From NCBI GenBank assembly GCA_027064715.1, contig JAMOPG010000233.1:1694-65693 (forward strand): 64,000 bases of DNA. The letters run 5' to 3'. Position numbers and translations under genes: made by a program. This document shows, piece by piece, positions 20,167 to 30,662 of the stretch. Source of the stretch: Desulfobacterales bacterium (lineage in GTDB: Bacteria; Desulfobacterota; Desulfovibrionia; Desulfovibrionales; Desulfothermaceae). Numbering within the stretch: the first letter of the stretch is position 1; every line of letters starts with the position of its first letter. The notes under the pieces were generated by a model. It worked only from the letters and a program-made list of their open reading frames with translations, was not told the DNA's origin and did not search any database.

Positions 20167-20773
20167 GGGATTTCAGCCAGTAAGCCTATGTGATTGGCCA
20201 TCTCTTGTCACAAGTGTGATTTTTTTGGGTGGTTGCAATTTCAGGTGTCCAACCTGTCATAACAAAGATATTGCCTTTTTCCCTGAAAGATGCCCTACTA
20301 TTCCCATTGATAACATATTTTCATATCTTGTTAAAAAGCAGATGTGGATTGATGGTGTTGTTATATCAGGAGGAGAACCAACCATATTTAATCATCTACA
20401 TGAGCTCATTTCTGAGATCAGGAAACTGGGCTTTAAGGTTAAGCTTGATACAAATGGTTCAAAGCCAGATATAATTAAAACATTACTTGAAGAAAAAATG
20501 GTTGATCTTTTTGCTGTTGATATAAAAGGGCCTTTTGAAAAATATCCAATACTTACAGGCAATAAGATCACAGAAAGAGAGGTCAAAAAAAATTTTTATA
20601 AAATTTTTGAAATGGCAAATTCCTATCCCTCTAAATTTATTTTCAGAACCACAAAAGTACCCTTTTTGACACAAGAGGATATTCGTATTATAAAGACTTA
20701 TCTACCAAAAGGCTTTGACCTCATACTTCAAGAATATAGAGAAGTTAGTAATATTGGGTTTAAAGATGCATAG
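20147..20773 (+). CDS. nrdG: Anaerobic ribonucleotide reductase activating radical SAM protein
   Basis: GGCNFRCPTCHN radical SAM motif. Small size, adjacent to nrdD. Confidence 0.8.
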   Translation: MKWSLVKGFQPVSLCDWPSLVTSVIFLGGCNFRCPTCHNKDIAFFPERCPTIPIDNIFSYLVKKQMWIDGVVISGGEPTIFNHLHELISEIRKLGFKVKLDTNGSKPDIIKTLLEEKMVDLFAVDIKGPFEKYPILTGNKITEREVKKNFYKIFEMANSYPSKFIFRTTKVPFLTQEDIRIIKTYLPKGFDLILQEYREVSNIGFKDA

Positions 20774-20908
20774 ATAGCGGAAGATGTAGGGAACTATCCT
20801 ATTTTGTTTATCCATTTTTTTAGATTTTTTATAAAACAAAGATATGAAGAGTAAGGGCTCTGGAGTTTCGGGGGATTTATTTTCTTATTGAATATAAGGT
20901 AAAGGGAG

Positions 20909-23011
20909 ATGGATATGAGTTTAGAGATTGCTTTAAATAGAGAGAAGAAAGTAAAAACAATGGATAAGCCCAAAAAAATAAAAAAGAGGGATGGGAGGAT
21001 AGAGACATGGTCAGTTGATAGGATTGCAAATGCCATTTTAAAGGCCCTTAATGCAAGTGGAATAAAAGATCCATTACTGGCAAAAAGATTGGCCATAAAG
21101 GTAGAAAAAAAGCTTTTAGGCATAGAGATTCCAGAGCAAGAGCAAGTGCAGGATATGGTAGAATTGGTCTTAATGGAAAACAGATTATATCATGTGGCAA
21201 AGAGATACATAGTATATAGAGAACAGAGGAGACAGCTTCGGTCCCAAACAGAAGCCTTTTTAAATATAGGGAAAACAATAGATGATTATCTTTCTAAGGA
21301 TGATTGGCGGGTCAATGAAAATGCCAACATGGCTCATTCATTTCAAGGGCTTATGTTGTATCTTTCTGGATCAGTCCAGGCAAGGTATGCACTTGAAAAA
21401 TATCCAGAGGAGATAAGACTTGCCCATGAACATGCATATATTCATATCCATGATCTCTCTTTTGGCTTGGCAGGGTATTGTGCTGGATGGAGTCTGAGGG
21501 ATCTGCTGCTTGAGGGATTTAATTTAGAAGGCAGATGTTCCGCAGGGCCTGCAAAGCACTTTGATTCTGCATTAGGTCAGATGGTGAATTTTTTAGGCAC
21601 ACTCCAAAATGAGTGGGCTGGAGCCCAGGCATTTAACAATGTGGATACATACCTAGCGCCTTTTATAAGAAAGGATAAACTCACATATAAAGAGGTAAAA
21701 CAATCTATACAGAAGTTCATATTTAACTTGAATACCACCTCTAGATGGGGTGGGCAGTCTCCTTTTACCAATGTGACCTTTGATTTGATCCCGCCTGAGC
21801 ACCTTGCAAATGAGGCAGTGATAATTGATGGGAAGCTTCACAATAGCACCTATGGTGAATATGAAAAAGAGATGGAAATGATAAATAGGGCCTTTTTGGA
21901 AACCATGCTTGAAGGAGACTATCATGGACGTATCTTTAGCTTTCCAATTCCAACATATAATGTGACTAAAGATTTTCCATGGGATTCTGAGGTAGGAGAA
22001 CTTCTTCTAAAACTCACAGCCAAATATGGTGTTCCATATTTTCAAAACTTTATAAATTCTGATCTAAAGCCAGAAGATGTAAGGTCAATGTGTTGTAGAT
22101 TGCAGATGGATTTAAGGGAACTAAAGAAGAGGACAGGAGGGCTTTTTGGAGCAGGGGATCTAACAGGTTCAATTGGAGTGGTCACCATTAATTTGCCAAA
22201 GCTTGCATATCTTGCACAGGGCGAGGAGGACTTTTTGGATCTGGTAACTGAATACGCAGAGCTTGCTAAACAATCTTTAGAGTTTAAGAGAAAATGGGTG
22301 TCTGATAATTTAGAGAAAGGTATGTTTCCATATTCCAAGAGATATTTAAAAAATGGATTGAAAAATCATTTTTCCACAATAGGAATCATTGGTGGTCACG
22401 AGGCATGTTTGAATCTTCTGGGAAAAGGAATAGAAACACCTGCTGGAATGAGATTAATGAAAAGGACACTGGAACATCTGAGGGAACTTACTAAAGATTT
22501 TCAGGAAGAGACAGGAAATTTATATAATTTAGAAGCAACACCTGCTGAGGGAGCTAGCTATAGACTGGCAAGGATAGATAAAAGACTTTATAAAGATATA
22601 ATTACATCTGGTAATAATGAGCCCTATTATACAAATTCTACCTGTCTTCCTGTGGACTTTACAGATGATGTATTCACTGCACTGGAACATCAAAATGAAT
22701 TGCAACCACTATATACAGGAGGCACAGTGTTTCATGTTTATCTTGGTGAGGCAGTAACAGATTTACACAGTCTTAAAAATTTTATTATTAAGGCAATGAG
22801 TAATACAAAACTTCCATATATATCAATAACCCCAACATTTTCTGTTTGTAAAAATCATGGTTATCTAAAAGGTGAACATTTTAAATGCCCAAAATGTGGA
22901 GAAGAGACAGAAGTCTATACAAGGGTAGTGGGATATTATAGACCTGTTTCCATGTGGAATAAGGGAAAACAGGAAGAATATAGAGATAGAGTTGTCTTTA
23001 AGTTGAGCTAA
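20909..23011 (+). CDS. nrdD: Anaerobic ribonucleoside-triphosphate reductase
   Basis: N-terminal ATP-cone (IKKRDGRIETWSVDRIANAI). C-terminal Zn ribbon CPKCGEE followed by the glycyl-radical motif RVVGYYRP. Confidence 0.92.
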   Translation: MDMSLEIALNREKKVKTMDKPKKIKKRDGRIETWSVDRIANAILKALNASGIKDPLLAKRLAIKVEKKLLGIEIPEQEQVQDMVELVLMENRLYHVAKRYIVYREQRRQLRSQTEAFLNIGKTIDDYLSKDDWRVNENANMAHSFQGLMLYLSGSVQARYALEKYPEEIRLAHEHAYIHIHDLSFGLAGYCAGWSLRDLLLEGFNLEGRCSAGPAKHFDSALGQMVNFLGTLQNEWAGAQAFNNVDTYLAPFIRKDKLTYKEVKQSIQKFIFNLNTTSRWGGQSPFTNVTFDLIPPEHLANEAVIIDGKLHNSTYGEYEKEMEMINRAFLETMLEGDYHGRIFSFPIPTYNVTKDFPWDSEVGELLLKLTAKYGVPYFQNFINSDLKPEDVRSMCCRLQMDLRELKKRTGGLFGAGDLTGSIGVVTINLPKLAYLAQGEEDFLDLVTEYAELAKQSLEFKRKWVSDNLEKGMFPYSKRYLKNGLKNHFSTIGIIGGHEACLNLLGKGIETPAGMRLMKRTLEHLRELTKDFQEETGNLYNLEATPAEGASYRLARIDKRLYKDIITSGNNEPYYTNSTCLPVDFTDDVFTALEHQNELQPLYTGGTVFHVYLGEAVTDLHSLKNFIIKAMSNTKLPYISITPTFSVCKNHGYLKGEHFKCPKCGEETEVYTRVVGYYRPVSMWNKGKQEEYRDRVVFKLS

Positions 23012-23024
23012 AGGGTATAATATC

Positions 23025-24359
23025 ATGGATGTAGTGATAATTGGTGGAGATGCTGCAGGTATGTCTGCAGCATCTAGATTAAAAAGAATAATGCCAGATA
23101 CAAATGTGATTGTTTTTGAAAAGACAAAGGATGTATCTTATAGCGCATGTGGAATGCCATACAATATTGGAGATCCATCAAGAGAAATAGATGATTTGGT
23201 TGTTAGACCAGCAAAAGTATTTAGAGAAAAACAGGGAATTGATCTAAGACTAAATCATGAAATTATAAAGATAGATCCTCAAAAAAAGATAGTATATGGT
23301 TTAAATGAGAAAGGTGAATTTGAACAACCATATGATAGATTATTAATTGCAACAGGTGCGAAGGCTATAAGACTTGATATCCCAGGAAATAATTTGCCAG
23401 GTGTTTTTGTACTTAAAAACCTTGAGGATGCTAGACGTATCAAAAAATTTATTCAGGAAAAAGGTGTAAAAAGTGCAGTAATAATTGGTATGGGATATAT
23501 TGGTTTAGAGATGTGTGAAGCACTTAGAAATTGGAATATATCAGTTCAGATGGTCAAACCAAATCCCAGATTTTTGCCAAATTTTTGTGAAGAGATTGCT
23601 GATAAGGTAAAACAAGAGGTTGAGAACAAAGGTATTGAGCTCTATTTCTCCAAAATTAATGAAATAAAGCTAAATAATAACAAACTGCATGTTATATGTG
23701 ATGGATTTGATCTTCATTGTGATATGGTTTTGATGGCAGTGGGTGTTGCGCCAAATAGTGAACTGGCAAAGAGTGCGGGGTTGGAAACATCAATAAAAGA
23801 TTCCATAGCTGTTGATAAGACATTTAAAACTTCAGATAATGATATATATGCTGCAGGGGATTGCGCTGATACATATAATGTGATTACTGGAAAAAAGACT
23901 TATGTTCCTCTTGCCTTGCTTGCAAATAGGGGTGGGATCATTGCTGCTGATAATATTGCAGGGAAAAAAGAGACATTTGATGGCATAGTTGGCACAGCGG
24001 TTTTTAAGGTCTTTGGTTTTCAGGTTGCCAGGACAGGGTTAAATGCCCAAGAGGCTAAAAAATATGGCTTTGACCCAGTTTCTGTGACCATCAGAAGTTC
24101 GTCAAGGGCACACCGTCATCCTGGTGCAAAAAAGATTTTAATCCACATGGTTGGAGATAAAGGCACGGGAAGGTTACTTGGAGCACAGATGGTTGGTGAA
24201 GAGGGTGTTGCACATAGGATCAATTCCATTGCAGTGGCATTACATGCAAAGTTCACAGTGAAAGAGTATTTTCAGTGTGACCTTGCCTATGCCCCTCCTT
24301 TTGGCCCAGTTTGGGATCCCACACTTATGGGAGCTAGGCAGCTTTTGAAAAGATTGTAA
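23025..24359 (+). CDS. FAD-dependent pyridine nucleotide-disulfide oxidoreductase (CoA-disulfide reductase / NADH oxidase family)
   Basis: VVIIGGDAAGMSAA dinucleotide fold. A single redox Cys in SYSACGMPY. Second Rossmann motif IIGMGYIGLE. Confidence 0.8.
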   Translation: MDVVIIGGDAAGMSAASRLKRIMPDTNVIVFEKTKDVSYSACGMPYNIGDPSREIDDLVVRPAKVFREKQGIDLRLNHEIIKIDPQKKIVYGLNEKGEFEQPYDRLLIATGAKAIRLDIPGNNLPGVFVLKNLEDARRIKKFIQEKGVKSAVIIGMGYIGLEMCEALRNWNISVQMVKPNPRFLPNFCEEIADKVKQEVENKGIELYFSKINEIKLNNNKLHVICDGFDLHCDMVLMAVGVAPNSELAKSAGLETSIKDSIAVDKTFKTSDNDIYAAGDCADTYNVITGKKTYVPLALLANRGGIIAADNIAGKKETFDGIVGTAVFKVFGFQVARTGLNAQEAKKYGFDPVSVTIRSSSRAHRHPGAKKILIHMVGDKGTGRLLGAQMVGEEGVAHRINSIAVALHAKFTVKEYFQCDLAYAPPFGPVWDPTLMGARQLLKRL

Positions 24360-24392
24360 AAAATGGCAACTAACTTAAGTTGCCATTTTTGA
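24358..24392. terminator. Bidirectional intrinsic terminator between convergent genes
   Basis: AAATGGCAACT (24361-24371) pairs with AGTTGCCATTT (24378-24388). Flanked by an A-run on the left and a T-run on the right. Confidence 0.65.
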
Positions 24393-24406
24393 TATATTTA
24401 ATTGAT

Positions 24407-26020
24407 TTAAACAGAAGATATTAACTTTGAAAGGCGATAATTTACCTCTAATATCTCTTCTCTAAGTTCTGATTGCACTACCCAATCTAATGCTGAAAGT
24501 CTTTCTTTTTTCTGGGTAAGGGCATCTAGTTTTTGTTTTATTTCATCAATTAAAAAATCCCAATCTATTGTTACTTCCTTGATCTTCTTTTCTTCTTCTT
24601 TTATCTCACTTGTGATCTTATCTGTAAGAATTTCTATTTCTTCCAGATAATCAGGTATATAAACTTCAAAGGGAAATTTTTCCTGGATCTTTTCTTTTAA
24701 AACTTTTTGAGATTTATACTCTCCATGTACAAGAAATATCTTCATGTTAGGATTTTTAAAATTTTCAAGCCACTGAAGGATCTGTCTTTGATCAGCATGT
24801 GCAGAGAATCCGTTAATGGTAAAGACCTTTGCATGGATCTCAACTTCTTCTCCAAATATCTTTACAACCTCTGCTCCATCTACAATTCTTCTTCCCAGGG
24901 TTCCCTGAGCCTGAAAGCCCACGAATACTATACTTGCTCCGCGTCTCCATAGATTGTGTTTTAAGTGGTGTTTAATCCTACCAGCATTTGCCATTCCACT
25001 AGCTGAGATTATTATAGCTGGTTCATTTAAGTTATTAAGCCTAATGGAATCTTCTGTAGAAAGAGAAAATTTGAGGTTTTGCAGTTTTAGAGGATTTTCT
25101 CCTTTTTTAAAGAGCTCCTTTGATTCTTCATCAAAATAACTGTGATATTTGTCAAATATCTTTGTGGCATTTATTGCAAGTGGGCTGTCAAGATAAACAG
25201 GTATAGACTCAGGTATCTTTTTCTTTTTAATAAGATAATAGAGGGCATATATAAGTTCCTGGGTCCTCTCCACTGCAAAGGCTGGTATTATAGTCTTTTC
25301 GTTGTTTTTATAACTATAATTTATTGCCTCAGCTAGTTCATCTAGAGTCTGTTCTTCATTTTTATGGAGTCTATTGCCATAGGTGGATTCTAAGAATAAA
25401 AAATCTGCATAATCTATCTTTGATGGATTTTTTACTATAAATTGGTTTGGTCTGCCTAAATCCCCAGAAAATACCACACTATATTTTTTGTCCTGCTCTG
25501 TTATTTTTGTCTCTATTATAGCTGATCCCAATATGTGGCCTGCATCATGTAATATAACCTCTAACCCCTTACACGGTGAAAACATTTGTCCATAATTTAT
25601 TGTGCGTATAAGTGGTATAGAATTGTCTGCATCTATTTCTGTATAAAGGGGTTCTAAAAGGGATTTTCCTTGTCTTTTTCTCTTTTTGTTCAACCATTCA
25701 ATTTCTGCTTGCTGAACATGGGCACTGTCTTTTAACATTATTGTTAATAGATCCATTGTGGGATGTGTGGTGTAGATTTCGCCTTTAAATCCCTCTTTTA
25801 CAAACTTTGGAATAAGTCCTGAATGGTCTATGTGTGCATGAGTTAATATAATAAATTCTATGTTTTTAATATCATATAAATCTGTAAGTCTATTTCTTTC
25901 TTCAATCTCTTTGTTTCCTTGATGCAGTCCACAGTCAATGCAAAATTTATGATTATTTAATTGGATCTGAAAACAGGAGCCAGTGACAGTCCTGGCTGCT
26001 CCTAAGAATTTTATCTTCAT
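24407..26020 (-). CDS. MBL-fold beta-CASP ribonuclease (CPSF/RNase J-like) with a C-terminal coiled-coil extension
   Basis: HAHIDHSG metallo-beta-lactamase motif, with downstream beta-CASP-type spacing. The last ~90 aa are charged and helical. Confidence 0.8.
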   Translation of the reverse strand: MKIKFLGAARTVTGSCFQIQLNNHKFCIDCGLHQGNKEIEERNRLTDLYDIKNIEFIILTHAHIDHSGLIPKFVKEGFKGEIYTTHPTMDLLTIMLKDSAHVQQAEIEWLNKKRKRQGKSLLEPLYTEIDADNSIPLIRTINYGQMFSPCKGLEVILHDAGHILGSAIIETKITEQDKKYSVVFSGDLGRPNQFIVKNPSKIDYADFLFLESTYGNRLHKNEEQTLDELAEAINYSYKNNEKTIIPAFAVERTQELIYALYYLIKKKKIPESIPVYLDSPLAINATKIFDKYHSYFDEESKELFKKGENPLKLQNLKFSLSTEDSIRLNNLNEPAIIISASGMANAGRIKHHLKHNLWRRGASIVFVGFQAQGTLGRRIVDGAEVVKIFGEEVEIHAKVFTINGFSAHADQRQILQWLENFKNPNMKIFLVHGEYKSQKVLKEKIQEKFPFEVYIPDYLEEIEILTDKITSEIKEEEKKIKEVTIDWDFLIDEIKQKLDALTQKKERLSALDWVVQSELREEILEVNYRLSKLISSV

Positions 26021-26283
26021 AACATCCCTTCCTTTAGTTTTTTATATGAAATTCTATAAAAAGACTTTAATAACTTGGTTATAATTTTGCAATATAAATT
26101 TTTATGATTTTTTAAAGTAGTGCAAGATAAAAACATTGACCCAAGATAAAGAAGTTGATTTAAAGATATGTCATTTTAAAAAAGGACACTCTTATTTTTC
26201 CTGAGGTAATGTGCTTTCTTTTAGATATGAAATAGGTTTTGAAGGTGTTAAATCTTTCAAAATTTAGTAGACAATACAAGTTA

Positions 26284-26799
26284 TTATTTATAATTGGATG
26301 CAATTTTTACATAGTGTTTTGCTGTGTTTATGATATTTTCAATCTCTTTTGTTTCAAGGTTCCTCTTTACTTTGGCTGGAATTCCAGCAACCAGTGTGCC
26401 TGATTTTACCTTCATACCAGGTGTTACAACAGAACCTCCAGCAACAATTGAGTGTTTTTCAATATGAGCTCCGTCCATAATTATGGCACCCATTCCAATG
26501 AGACATTCATCATCAATTGTGCATCCATGAACCACTGCTCTATGACCAATGGTGACCATATTGCCAATATGTAAAGGAAATTTCTCTGTGGTAACATGCA
26601 ATGTGCAGTGGTCCTGAATATTTGTCTTACTTCCTATTCTTATAAAATTTACATCTCCCCTTATTAAGGTATAAAACCATATACTTGAGAAATCTCCAAT
26701 AACAACATCCCCTATTACACAGGCATTGTGTGCAATAAATACATTTTTTCCAATAGTTGGATATTTGTTTTTATAATGCAAAATATTAGACACTTGCAT
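26284..26799 (-). CDS. Gamma-carbonic-anhydrase-like hexapeptide-repeat protein
   Basis: Left-handed beta-helix repeats, LIRGDVNFIRIGSKTNIQD and HGCTI, typical of the YrdA/PaaY family. Confidence 0.85.
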   Translation of the reverse strand: MQVSNILHYKNKYPTIGKNVFIAHNACVIGDVVIGDFSSIWFYTLIRGDVNFIRIGSKTNIQDHCTLHVTTEKFPLHIGNMVTIGHRAVVHGCTIDDECLIGMGAIIMDGAHIEKHSIVAGGSVVTPGMKVKSGTLVAGIPAKVKRNLETKEIENIINTAKHYVKIASNYK

Positions 26800-26936
26800 G
26801 GTTTTGTCATCTTGCTGGGTTTTATAGTTGCTGTTAAAAACAGTTGATTTATTTATATATTAAATTGGGCAGTGATGCAAGTTATAATGTAACATAAGTT
26901 GTGTAAAGTTGGATAAAGAGGAAAAAAGGATAGAAG

Positions 26937-26978
26937 AAGGAGAATTCACAGATGTGTATAGATCCATGAATTCTCCTT
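26937..26978. terminator. 12-bp hairpin downstream of the DUF1634-like gene
   Basis: AAGGAGAATTCA (26937-26948) pairs with TGAATTCTCCTT (26967-26978), 18-nt loop. The T-tract is stronger on the plus side, so the assignment is uncertain. Confidence 0.4.
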
Positions 26979-26991
26979 TTATATATTAAAA

Positions 26992-27408
26992 TTAATGTCC
27001 ACCACTTCCCAAAATTCCTGATGCAGCTAATAGTAACACCAATACTTCAACTGTTGCAATTGCAGTATACACTTTTTCACCTTCTTTTAAGTATGCTGGT
27101 ATCAAAGTTAGGTATCCAATTATTGTAAGTGCCCCTAGAATGGCAATTCCTATAAAATTTAAAAAATCTCCTTTCCCTAGCATTGTTATCCAAGTCCATC
27201 CAGGTTGAATATTTGTCTGTTTTAAGAATTCATCTACAGGAAGATGCCATAGGTGCTCAATGGTCTTTATTGGTATATAAGGATCCATAATACCAAAAAT
27301 ATATAATAGATATGTTATAATCATAAGTGCAATACTTCCCCAACTTCCCCAAAATAGTATTTCAGCATAAAGAAGCTGTTCTGGTCTTACTTTAACCTTA
27401 TTATTCAT
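26992..27408 (-). CDS. Small membrane protein (DUF1634-like partner of TauE/SafE)
   Basis: 138 aa with 3-4 TM segments, directly downstream of the TauE-like permease, as is common for DUF81/DUF1634 pairs. Confidence 0.55.
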   Translation of the reverse strand: MNNKVKVRPEQLLYAEILFWGSWGSIALMIITYLLYIFGIMDPYIPIKTIEHLWHLPVDEFLKQTNIQPGWTWITMLGKGDFLNFIGIAILGALTIIGYLTLIPAYLKEGEKVYTAIATVEVLVLLLAASGILGSGGH

Positions 27409-27438
27409 AATTATACCTCCAAAGATATATTTTATTTT

Positions 27439-28395
27439 TTAATGACCAAGACCCTTTAAAAGTGCTTTTCCCCCTGCAAATATAAGTACCCCTATTACCA
27501 GATAACGAATAAGGGCAGGTTTGGCCTTAGCAAGGATTTTTACTCCTACAATAGATCCCAGCATAAGCCCAATAATAGAGGGGATAGTAATAAGCGGAAT
27601 CACGCAACCTCTATTTAAATAAATCCAGGCAGCAGAGGTGTCTGTAATGGAGAGCAAAAACTTACTAGTTGCAACAGCGATCTTTAAAGGTACACCCATA
27701 ACTAGATTTAAAACAGGGAGATTTGCCCAACCAGCCCCGAGACCAAACATACCAGCCACTGTTCCTATAAAGATAAATAAAATAAGACCAGCAAGGGTAT
27801 TTTTGGTCTTCCACTCAATAATTTGTCCTGTAGACTCTTCTAAATAGCTACCATGTAACCCAAGGGCGAGACCAATGGCATCTTGTTTAGTTACCACAGG
27901 GTATTCCACATTTTTTGAAGTAAGTAATAATACTGCTATAAAGAGTATTGTAGCTCCAAGTAATATTTGGACAATGTTAGTAGGGAGGGATAAACCTAAA
28001 AACGCACCACCAATGGCAGATGTAGAAGCAATTAATGCAACAGGAAGGGCCAATCTTAGATTTGCTAGGTTTCGTTTAAGTAATCCTGGTCCAGCAGCTA
28101 ATGCTCCAGAAAGAGCAACAAAAAGGCCTGCTCCTCTCACAAAATCTAAATGAAATGGGAAAAAGGCTGAAACCAAGGGCACATATAAAACTCCTCCTCC
28201 CACACCTGCTAATACAGCAATTATACCTAATACAAAGCAGAAAATGAAAAGAATAGCTGGCCAAAACCACCAGGGCTTTGTTGCAGCTGCAGTTTTAGCA
28301 CTAGCAGTTTCTGCACAAAATCCATACTGAACTATAAAAAATAAAAACAACAAAATAAATAAGAGAATCATAGAGTTAACAAACCTATTTCTCAT
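27439..28395 (-). CDS. TauE/SafE (DUF81) family sulfite/anion exporter
   Basis: Glycine-rich repeated TM pattern (VLAGVGGGVLYVPL ... GMFGLGAGWANLPVL), typical of DUF81. Confidence 0.75.
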   Translation of the reverse strand: MRNRFVNSMILLFILLFLFFIVQYGFCAETASAKTAAATKPWWFWPAILFIFCFVLGIIAVLAGVGGGVLYVPLVSAFFPFHLDFVRGAGLFVALSGALAAGPGLLKRNLANLRLALPVALIASTSAIGGAFLGLSLPTNIVQILLGATILFIAVLLLTSKNVEYPVVTKQDAIGLALGLHGSYLEESTGQIIEWKTKNTLAGLILFIFIGTVAGMFGLGAGWANLPVLNLVMGVPLKIAVATSKFLLSITDTSAAWIYLNRGCVIPLITIPSIIGLMLGSIVGVKILAKAKPALIRYLVIGVLIFAGGKALLKGLGH

Positions 28396-28628
28396 AATCC
28401 TTTACCTCCTATTTTCAATTTTATTTTTTGTTATTTTTTTAACCATAAAGGCACTCTTTTTTGTGAAAAAAAGAACAATATTTTTTTAAAGCCTATAACT
28501 AGTTTTTTATATTCTGTCAACAAAAAAATATGTTTAAAAATGAAACAATTTATAAACAGTGTTTTAGATAGAAATAATAATTAAAAAATAAAAATCAGTG
28601 TTATTAAGTGTTATTAACTAAATAATAT

Positions 28629-30662
28629 CTATATTAAAACTAGATCCATTGTTTCTATGAGTTCTTTTATAAAGATAATTTTTAAGTCTTGAGTTAAGGA
28701 ATTTGGGATTGTAGTAAAGTCTGGCTCGTTTTTTTCTGGAAAGATTACAGTTTTTATACCAGCAAGTTTTGCTGCAAGTAATTTTTCTCTAATACCTCCC
28801 ACTGGTAACACTCTTCCTGACAAAGTAATCTCTCCTGTAAGTCCAATATCTCTTTTGCATTTTTTGCCTGTTATTAGGGAGATTAGAGATGCGAAGATGG
28901 GCACTCCAGCAGATGGTCCATCCTTTGGTATGGCACCTGCTGGGACGTGTATGTGTATATCGTGTGATTTAAAAAAATTATTATCAATATCAAATAGATG
29001 GGCATTGGACTTGATAAAACTAAGTGCTGCTTGAGCTGATTCTTTTAAGACATTGCCTAGAGATCCAGTTAAAATTAGTTTGTCTGATCCTGGCATTTTC
29101 GTTGATTCTATAAATAATATTTCACCGCCATATGGGGTCCATGCAAGGGCTGTTGCCACTCCAACTCTATCTTTTACATCTAATATAGTGGGCTTATATT
29201 TGGGCGGTCCAAGGAGATTTTCCACATCCTTTGATGTAATTTTTATATTTTTGTTTTCACCAAACTCTTTATTCACAATTTTTCTCGCAGTTTTTCTAAG
29301 TATAGAGGATACTTGCCTGTGTAGGTTCCTAAGCCCTGCTTCTTTTGTATATTCTTTTATAATCTTTTTTATTGCTTCGTGTTCAAATACTATATTGTAG
29401 TCTATTAAACCATTTTCTTTTATTTCTCTTGATATTAAGTGCCTTTTGCAAATTTCTATCTTTTCTTCTTCCAAGTATCCATGAACAGGTATTATCTCCA
29501 ATCGATCCAGAAGTGGAGCTGGGATTGTGTCAGTGGTATTTGCTGTTGCAATAAACATTACCTTTGAGAGATCAAAGGGTATATCCAAGTAATGGTCCAC
29601 AAAGTTTTTATTTTGGTGCGGATCTAAGATTTCAAGTAAAGGTGCAGAGGGATCGCCTTTAAAATCCTGTCCAATTTTATCTATTTCATCTAACATAAAC
29701 ACAGGATTTTTGGATCCAGCCCTTCTTATCTCCTGTATAATTCTACCTGGAAGAGCGCCTACATAACTCCTCCTATGCCCTCTAAGCTGGGCTTCGTCTT
29801 TTACACCAGCCAAAGAGATCATGATAAAGTTTCTATTCATACTTTTGGCAATTGCAGCTCCTAAAGATGTTTTTCCAGTTCCAGGAGGACCAACAAAACA
29901 TAAGATAGGTCCTTTTGATTCAAACTCAACTAGCTGATTCTCTAATGCATTTTCAACTGTGGATATGAGCTCATCGAGTTTGATTGGTTTTGATAAAAAA
30001 TGAAAAGATCCCTTTTTTAATGCCTCTACTGCGCTGGATACAGTGGCATAACCAGTGATAATAATAACTTCTGTTGAAGGACTTGCCTTTTTAGCAGCAT
30101 CAAGTACTGAGAGTCCATCAACCTCCTTCATTTTAAGATCAGTAATTATTAGATCAAAATTTATCTTGTTTATATAGTTTAATGCTTCTTCACCACTAAG
30201 TGCTCCATACACCTCATATTCCTTTTTCTCTAAAACATGCTTTATGTTCATGCATGTGAGCTTTTCATCATCCACAACTAAAATTTTAAATCTCTTTTGA
30301 GACTTTAAGATCCTTACAGCAAGGTGTTCCAAGATCCTGTCTTTAATTTCTTGAAGCCCATAATGATACATATCCAATATTTCAGCAGCCCTGTTTAAAT
30401 CAAGATTGTCTTTGGTTAAGGTATTCCAGGGGAGAGAGAGAAGATAATCTATATAATTTATCCCAATTGTGTATTCTGCAGAAGATTCAGAGACATATTT
30501 TATCCTGTCTAACTCCTTTAATGCAGCCTTTGCCACATAATCAGGAAGATCTTTTTCCATTATTTCCTTTCTGAGCTTAGAAAGTTCAGAGAAGCCTTCT
30601 TCCACTTCATTTGATTTTTTAACTGGTGCTTCTTTATTCTCTTTTTTATTAAAAAAGATCAT
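28629..30662 (-). CDS. lon: Atypical Lon protease: no LON N-domain, CheY-like receiver inserted before the AAA+ module
   Basis: Reading order: HYGLQEIKDRILEHLAV, then the receiver (FKILVVDDE...DLIITDLKM...IIITGYATVSSAVEALKKGSFHFLSKP), then Walker A GPILCFVGPPGTGKTS, Walker B FMLDEIDK, protease Ser PKDGPSAG and Lys GGIREKLLAA. The ORF is open to 30683, but GGAGG precedes the ATG at 30662. Confidence 0.85.
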   Translation of the reverse strand: MIFFNKKENKEAPVKKSNEVEEGFSELSKLRKEIMEKDLPDYVAKAALKELDRIKYVSESSAEYTIGINYIDYLLSLPWNTLTKDNLDLNRAAEILDMYHYGLQEIKDRILEHLAVRILKSQKRFKILVVDDEKLTCMNIKHVLEKKEYEVYGALSGEEALNYINKINFDLIITDLKMKEVDGLSVLDAAKKASPSTEVIIITGYATVSSAVEALKKGSFHFLSKPIKLDELISTVENALENQLVEFESKGPILCFVGPPGTGKTSLGAAIAKSMNRNFIMISLAGVKDEAQLRGHRRSYVGALPGRIIQEIRRAGSKNPVFMLDEIDKIGQDFKGDPSAPLLEILDPHQNKNFVDHYLDIPFDLSKVMFIATANTTDTIPAPLLDRLEIIPVHGYLEEEKIEICKRHLISREIKENGLIDYNIVFEHEAIKKIIKEYTKEAGLRNLHRQVSSILRKTARKIVNKEFGENKNIKITSKDVENLLGPPKYKPTILDVKDRVGVATALAWTPYGGEILFIESTKMPGSDKLILTGSLGNVLKESAQAALSFIKSNAHLFDIDNNFFKSHDIHIHVPAGAIPKDGPSAGVPIFASLISLITGKKCKRDIGLTGEITLSGRVLPVGGIREKLLAAKLAGIKTVIFPEKNEPDFTTIPNSLTQDLKIIFIKELIETMDLVLI

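Noticed and set aside
20774-20908. Looked for an NrdR box or a riboswitch upstream of nrdD.
   Set aside because: I could find no convincing match to the 16-bp NrdR palindrome (acaCwAtATaTwGtgt) by eye, and no extended conserved structure. I cannot exclude a divergent site without a PWM scan.
28596-28616. Tandem duplication AGTGTTATTA x2 just downstream of the lon-REC stop.
   Set aside because: It is a single short duplication with no associated structure or gene. Noted but not interpretable.
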